Positions 60,960 through 64,000 of a stretch of DNA of 64,000 bases are shown here, piece after piece. The notes under the pieces were generated by a model. That model had not been told where the DNA came from. It worked only from the letters and a program-made list of their open reading frames with translations, and did not search any database. Both the position numbers and the translations under genes were made by a program. The stretch is from Basidiobolus meristosporus CBS 931.73 (Eukaryota; Fungi; Basidiobolomycota): assembly GCA_002104905.1 (NCBI GenBank), contig MCFE01000327.1, positions 1 to 64,000 of the forward strand, given 5' to 3'. The stretch's first letter is position 1; every line of letters begins with the position of its first letter.

Positions 60960-63900
60960 TTAGGGAACTCATCAGCCATGGAGCCTTGCTGCTATGTGCT
61001 AACCAAATAGCCTTGCCAAATATACTATATGCACCTCACAAATAAATATTTGGCACACTCGTGTGAAGCGAACGATCGTGTTGAGTGGTTGGTGTTTAAG
61101 CCATTATCCAGGCCTCTACAAAAGGAGCGTGCACCCCGCTCACACTTTATCATCACAGACGTAATTGCCGGGCTGAGATTAGCAAATGGAGGCGGCGTAG
61201 ATCAGTAGCCAACTCCACCAGATCCATGCCAAATTTTCCAAATGAGCTGAACTCAACTAGGATATTAGTTATGGTGATTGCCTACCCAATGAACACAGTA
61301 GCCATGATTCAAGATTTCGAAAGCCTACAAGAAAAATTTGAATAGATTCTCTCGCGCTAGTAAGATCCGGATTTGTGAGGTGATGATAACCCCTCACTGT
61401 TGCATAATGTATAGGCTGTGTATTCTACAGGCAGGTGCGAGCCAGGTAGCGCTTTTCACTGAAGAGTCACAAATAGCCAACCAAAACACAATCCAGAATC
61501 CGCGCCTTAAGAACCCCCGAAAGAATATCCGTCCCAGCTGGTTATCATCCCACACAGGCTCGAGCATTACCGCCCACATCAATGGGTGGAGCTGCGAACC
61601 GGTATTATCTATCAATACCAGTGGGAAACAAAGGGTAGAAAAAGATTGCTTGGCCATTACGGTTACCAAGCCTTATTGGTACCACGGAATTGGTGCACAT
61701 TTTAGGCAGCATTGATTGGTGTGTAACTCGGGGATGGTTTGTCTGGAACTTTACCTAGGATCATAGTTCCCTTCGTTTCGGGGTGAAGTATCGGTTAGGA
61801 ACAACAAAACAGGCGATTCTTTGTGAGCAAGAACCAGTGATCCAGCTGGAGTCTTCCTGAATGACCATTAATATACTGCTCACACGTAATTGTTGGGCCC
61901 TCCGGCAGATTGGATGGCGGCCAGTAGTGTGCTGCATCCCAAAGCTAGCCTCGTATAAGAAAAACCTGTGTACCATCGATGTGCTGATTCGGATTTTATC
62001 CATTTTCAGAAACACACTATGAAATTTAATCAAGCATTTGGTGGGTTAGATCTTACAGATAAAAACAACTCTGACGCGGACATTGCACTGGTTATTTAGC
62101 TGATGACCCTGGTGAGTCGTATATCCCGCCTATATTATACCATCGAGGATCTTCTTTATCCTTGCTATTCAGGTGTCGTAGGTCAATTATCACCCATTTG
62201 CTTCAGTTTGGCTGTTCCGATGTGGTTTGTACCGGAATAATGCAGTCGAGTGCCATCGTGATTTTCCACTTGGTGTACTCTTACCGCTGACTAATACATA
62301 TCTTGCGTAGAATCCTGATGGATTTCCCATTGCAAACAATTGGCTTGAGTCTAGGTATGGTACGTATGATTGCACTGCTAATCTCTCTCACAATGGCGCA
62401 ATCATCAAGTTGTGGAATAGTAGGCGTTCTATATTACGTTTGTAGATCATACGGATGATGAAAAAATCCTGGAAATCACTCAACGCCTTTGTGCATATTG
62501 CATTTTTGTACGTAACCTGCTTGTGCTGTTTGAAGCGAATTAAGAGCATAACAACGTATGGTTTGATCTGCTTAGTCGTTACCGTATGTGATGCCATATC
62601 TCTGCTACCACTTGGGACTCCTGATGACCTTACTATGTCATACCAACACCGCCGACCATATTAATGGAAGTTGACAATAGCTTGATACGTTTATAGTGAC
62701 GTGATCATCAAGTGGCCGTTGCTACTCCTCAGTAAAGCATCTTATGGTAGGCCTCATTTCATGTGAAATTCCATGCTGGAACCCCTCTGAAGCATGCGTC
62801 TGCTTCAAACATTCAGATTCTGTTGTATAACTCGATCCATACCTGAAATTTGCAAATATCTATTAGGGCCTCAATTTGCACTATACAATGTTTCCCTATT
62901 CCTTCGAGAATCCAGATGACTCACTAACAAAACTGCCCCCACGTTGCCTGCACCTTTCCGTATCTTTTCTGAACTCACTCATATATTGGTCTTCATTACT
63001 TACTTTTGTATGCTTGACGATGAAAACATAACTCACTACCATAGCTTTAGCAGTTATCAATTGGTGTTCTTACTGGGAGAATTGCGCTTGTTAGCATTCA
63101 TATGTTGATATCTCGAGCCAACATGAATATCTGTTGGATTCTTAAAGTAACTCTATTCTTTCAGCACGAACTCATCTTGGTATGCCATTCCAGTGCGATA
63201 TCTTATGCTGCACATCCCTAGTAAGAAAGACATTTGCCTAGCATTATGGTTGTTATGCATCATTGGCATATGAGAGCCTACCTATCACCTGTAGAACACA
63301 TAGAAGCCATCCACCGTGATTGCTTTAAACTGTCAGGTCCAACTCAAATGCATAACTCAGACAGGTAGAAATGAGGCTATTGAAGAGTCCAGAAGACCAT
63401 ATGGCTAAAATGGGCTTGGAAGCTGGCGAGTTTCGATATGGCGTCAGAGTGAATAGTGTAGTGGCCACGTGGACGACGATTGGCGGTGGAATGCAGCTTT
63501 CCAGCTCTAGAGTATCATTGAGCACAGCAGACCAGTAACCGACCCCATGTCAGTCTATGTCGGATCAGGTGTATTCATTGGCAAGGAAAACGCCCTCGTT
63601 AATCGGTAAAAGTTGACTGAATATTAAACTGATGCATGCACACCAATTTCTTCCTCTCGAATGCTTCAGTACACAACACTGGAATCACGCCACTCCTCCC
63701 GTCGTGAAGGCCGGGCAATCTCTAAGGATGGCTGAGGACATGGAAACATCTACTAGCAAATACAATTTGCAAAAATGATATTAAATACATGGATCAATAT
63801 TTTATAATGCCAAGGGTGGTGCACACCATGCTAACTAGGAATGTCGGCTTAAGGAAACATCGTATCTGACACCACCAAGCGCCAAGTTTCATGGTTGCTT

Positions 63901-64000
63901 GCAAGTGTGGTTGTCACTTGGGGCGGCATTTAGCATGAAAATCATTTGAAACCCAGTGAGCACACTGCGGTATCTCGTACCTCTGCCCTGCCACCCGGCT

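Noticed and set aside
63371-63538. 55-aa ORF with an SDR-like E..YGVRVNSV motif
   Set aside because: Too short; no Rossmann GxxxGxG or YxxxK motif found nearby
1-64000. rRNA, tRNA, CRISPR or telomeric arrays
   Set aside because: None recognised; tRNA-like matches are only retrotransposon PBSs, and the short tandem motifs belong to the MITE and LTRs

Overview
Eukaryotic, most likely fungal, genomic DNA in two sharply different compartments. An early-diverging lineage such as Basidiobolus is only a guess from gene style. Bases 1 to ~52,880 are a nested transposon graveyard that is almost free of CpG. It holds about six degenerate copies of one Ty3/Gypsy family (A; ~369-bp LTRs, 4-bp TSDs), one Ty1/Copia, a second Gypsy family (C; ~1.05-kb LTRs, tRNA-Lys PBS), several copies of a CACTA/EnSpm (tnp2) DNA transposon family (B), a CCC-ended MITE and a foldback element. 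Nested inside is one very young, CpG-rich Gypsy element (7419-14189; 387-bp LTRs differing at 2 sites; TSD TCCTC). It carries gag, pol and a previously intact ~389-aa third ORF of unknown function, and is being inactivated mostly by CpG transitions. From ~52,890 CpG content is normal and there are three intact, intronless, secreted-enzyme genes: two tail-to-tail CBM18 + CE4 chitin deacetylase paralogs and a PAF-acetylhydrolase-like alpha/beta hydrolase. All alignments were done by eye and no database searches were run. Boundaries of degenerate elements are approximate unless a TSD is quoted.
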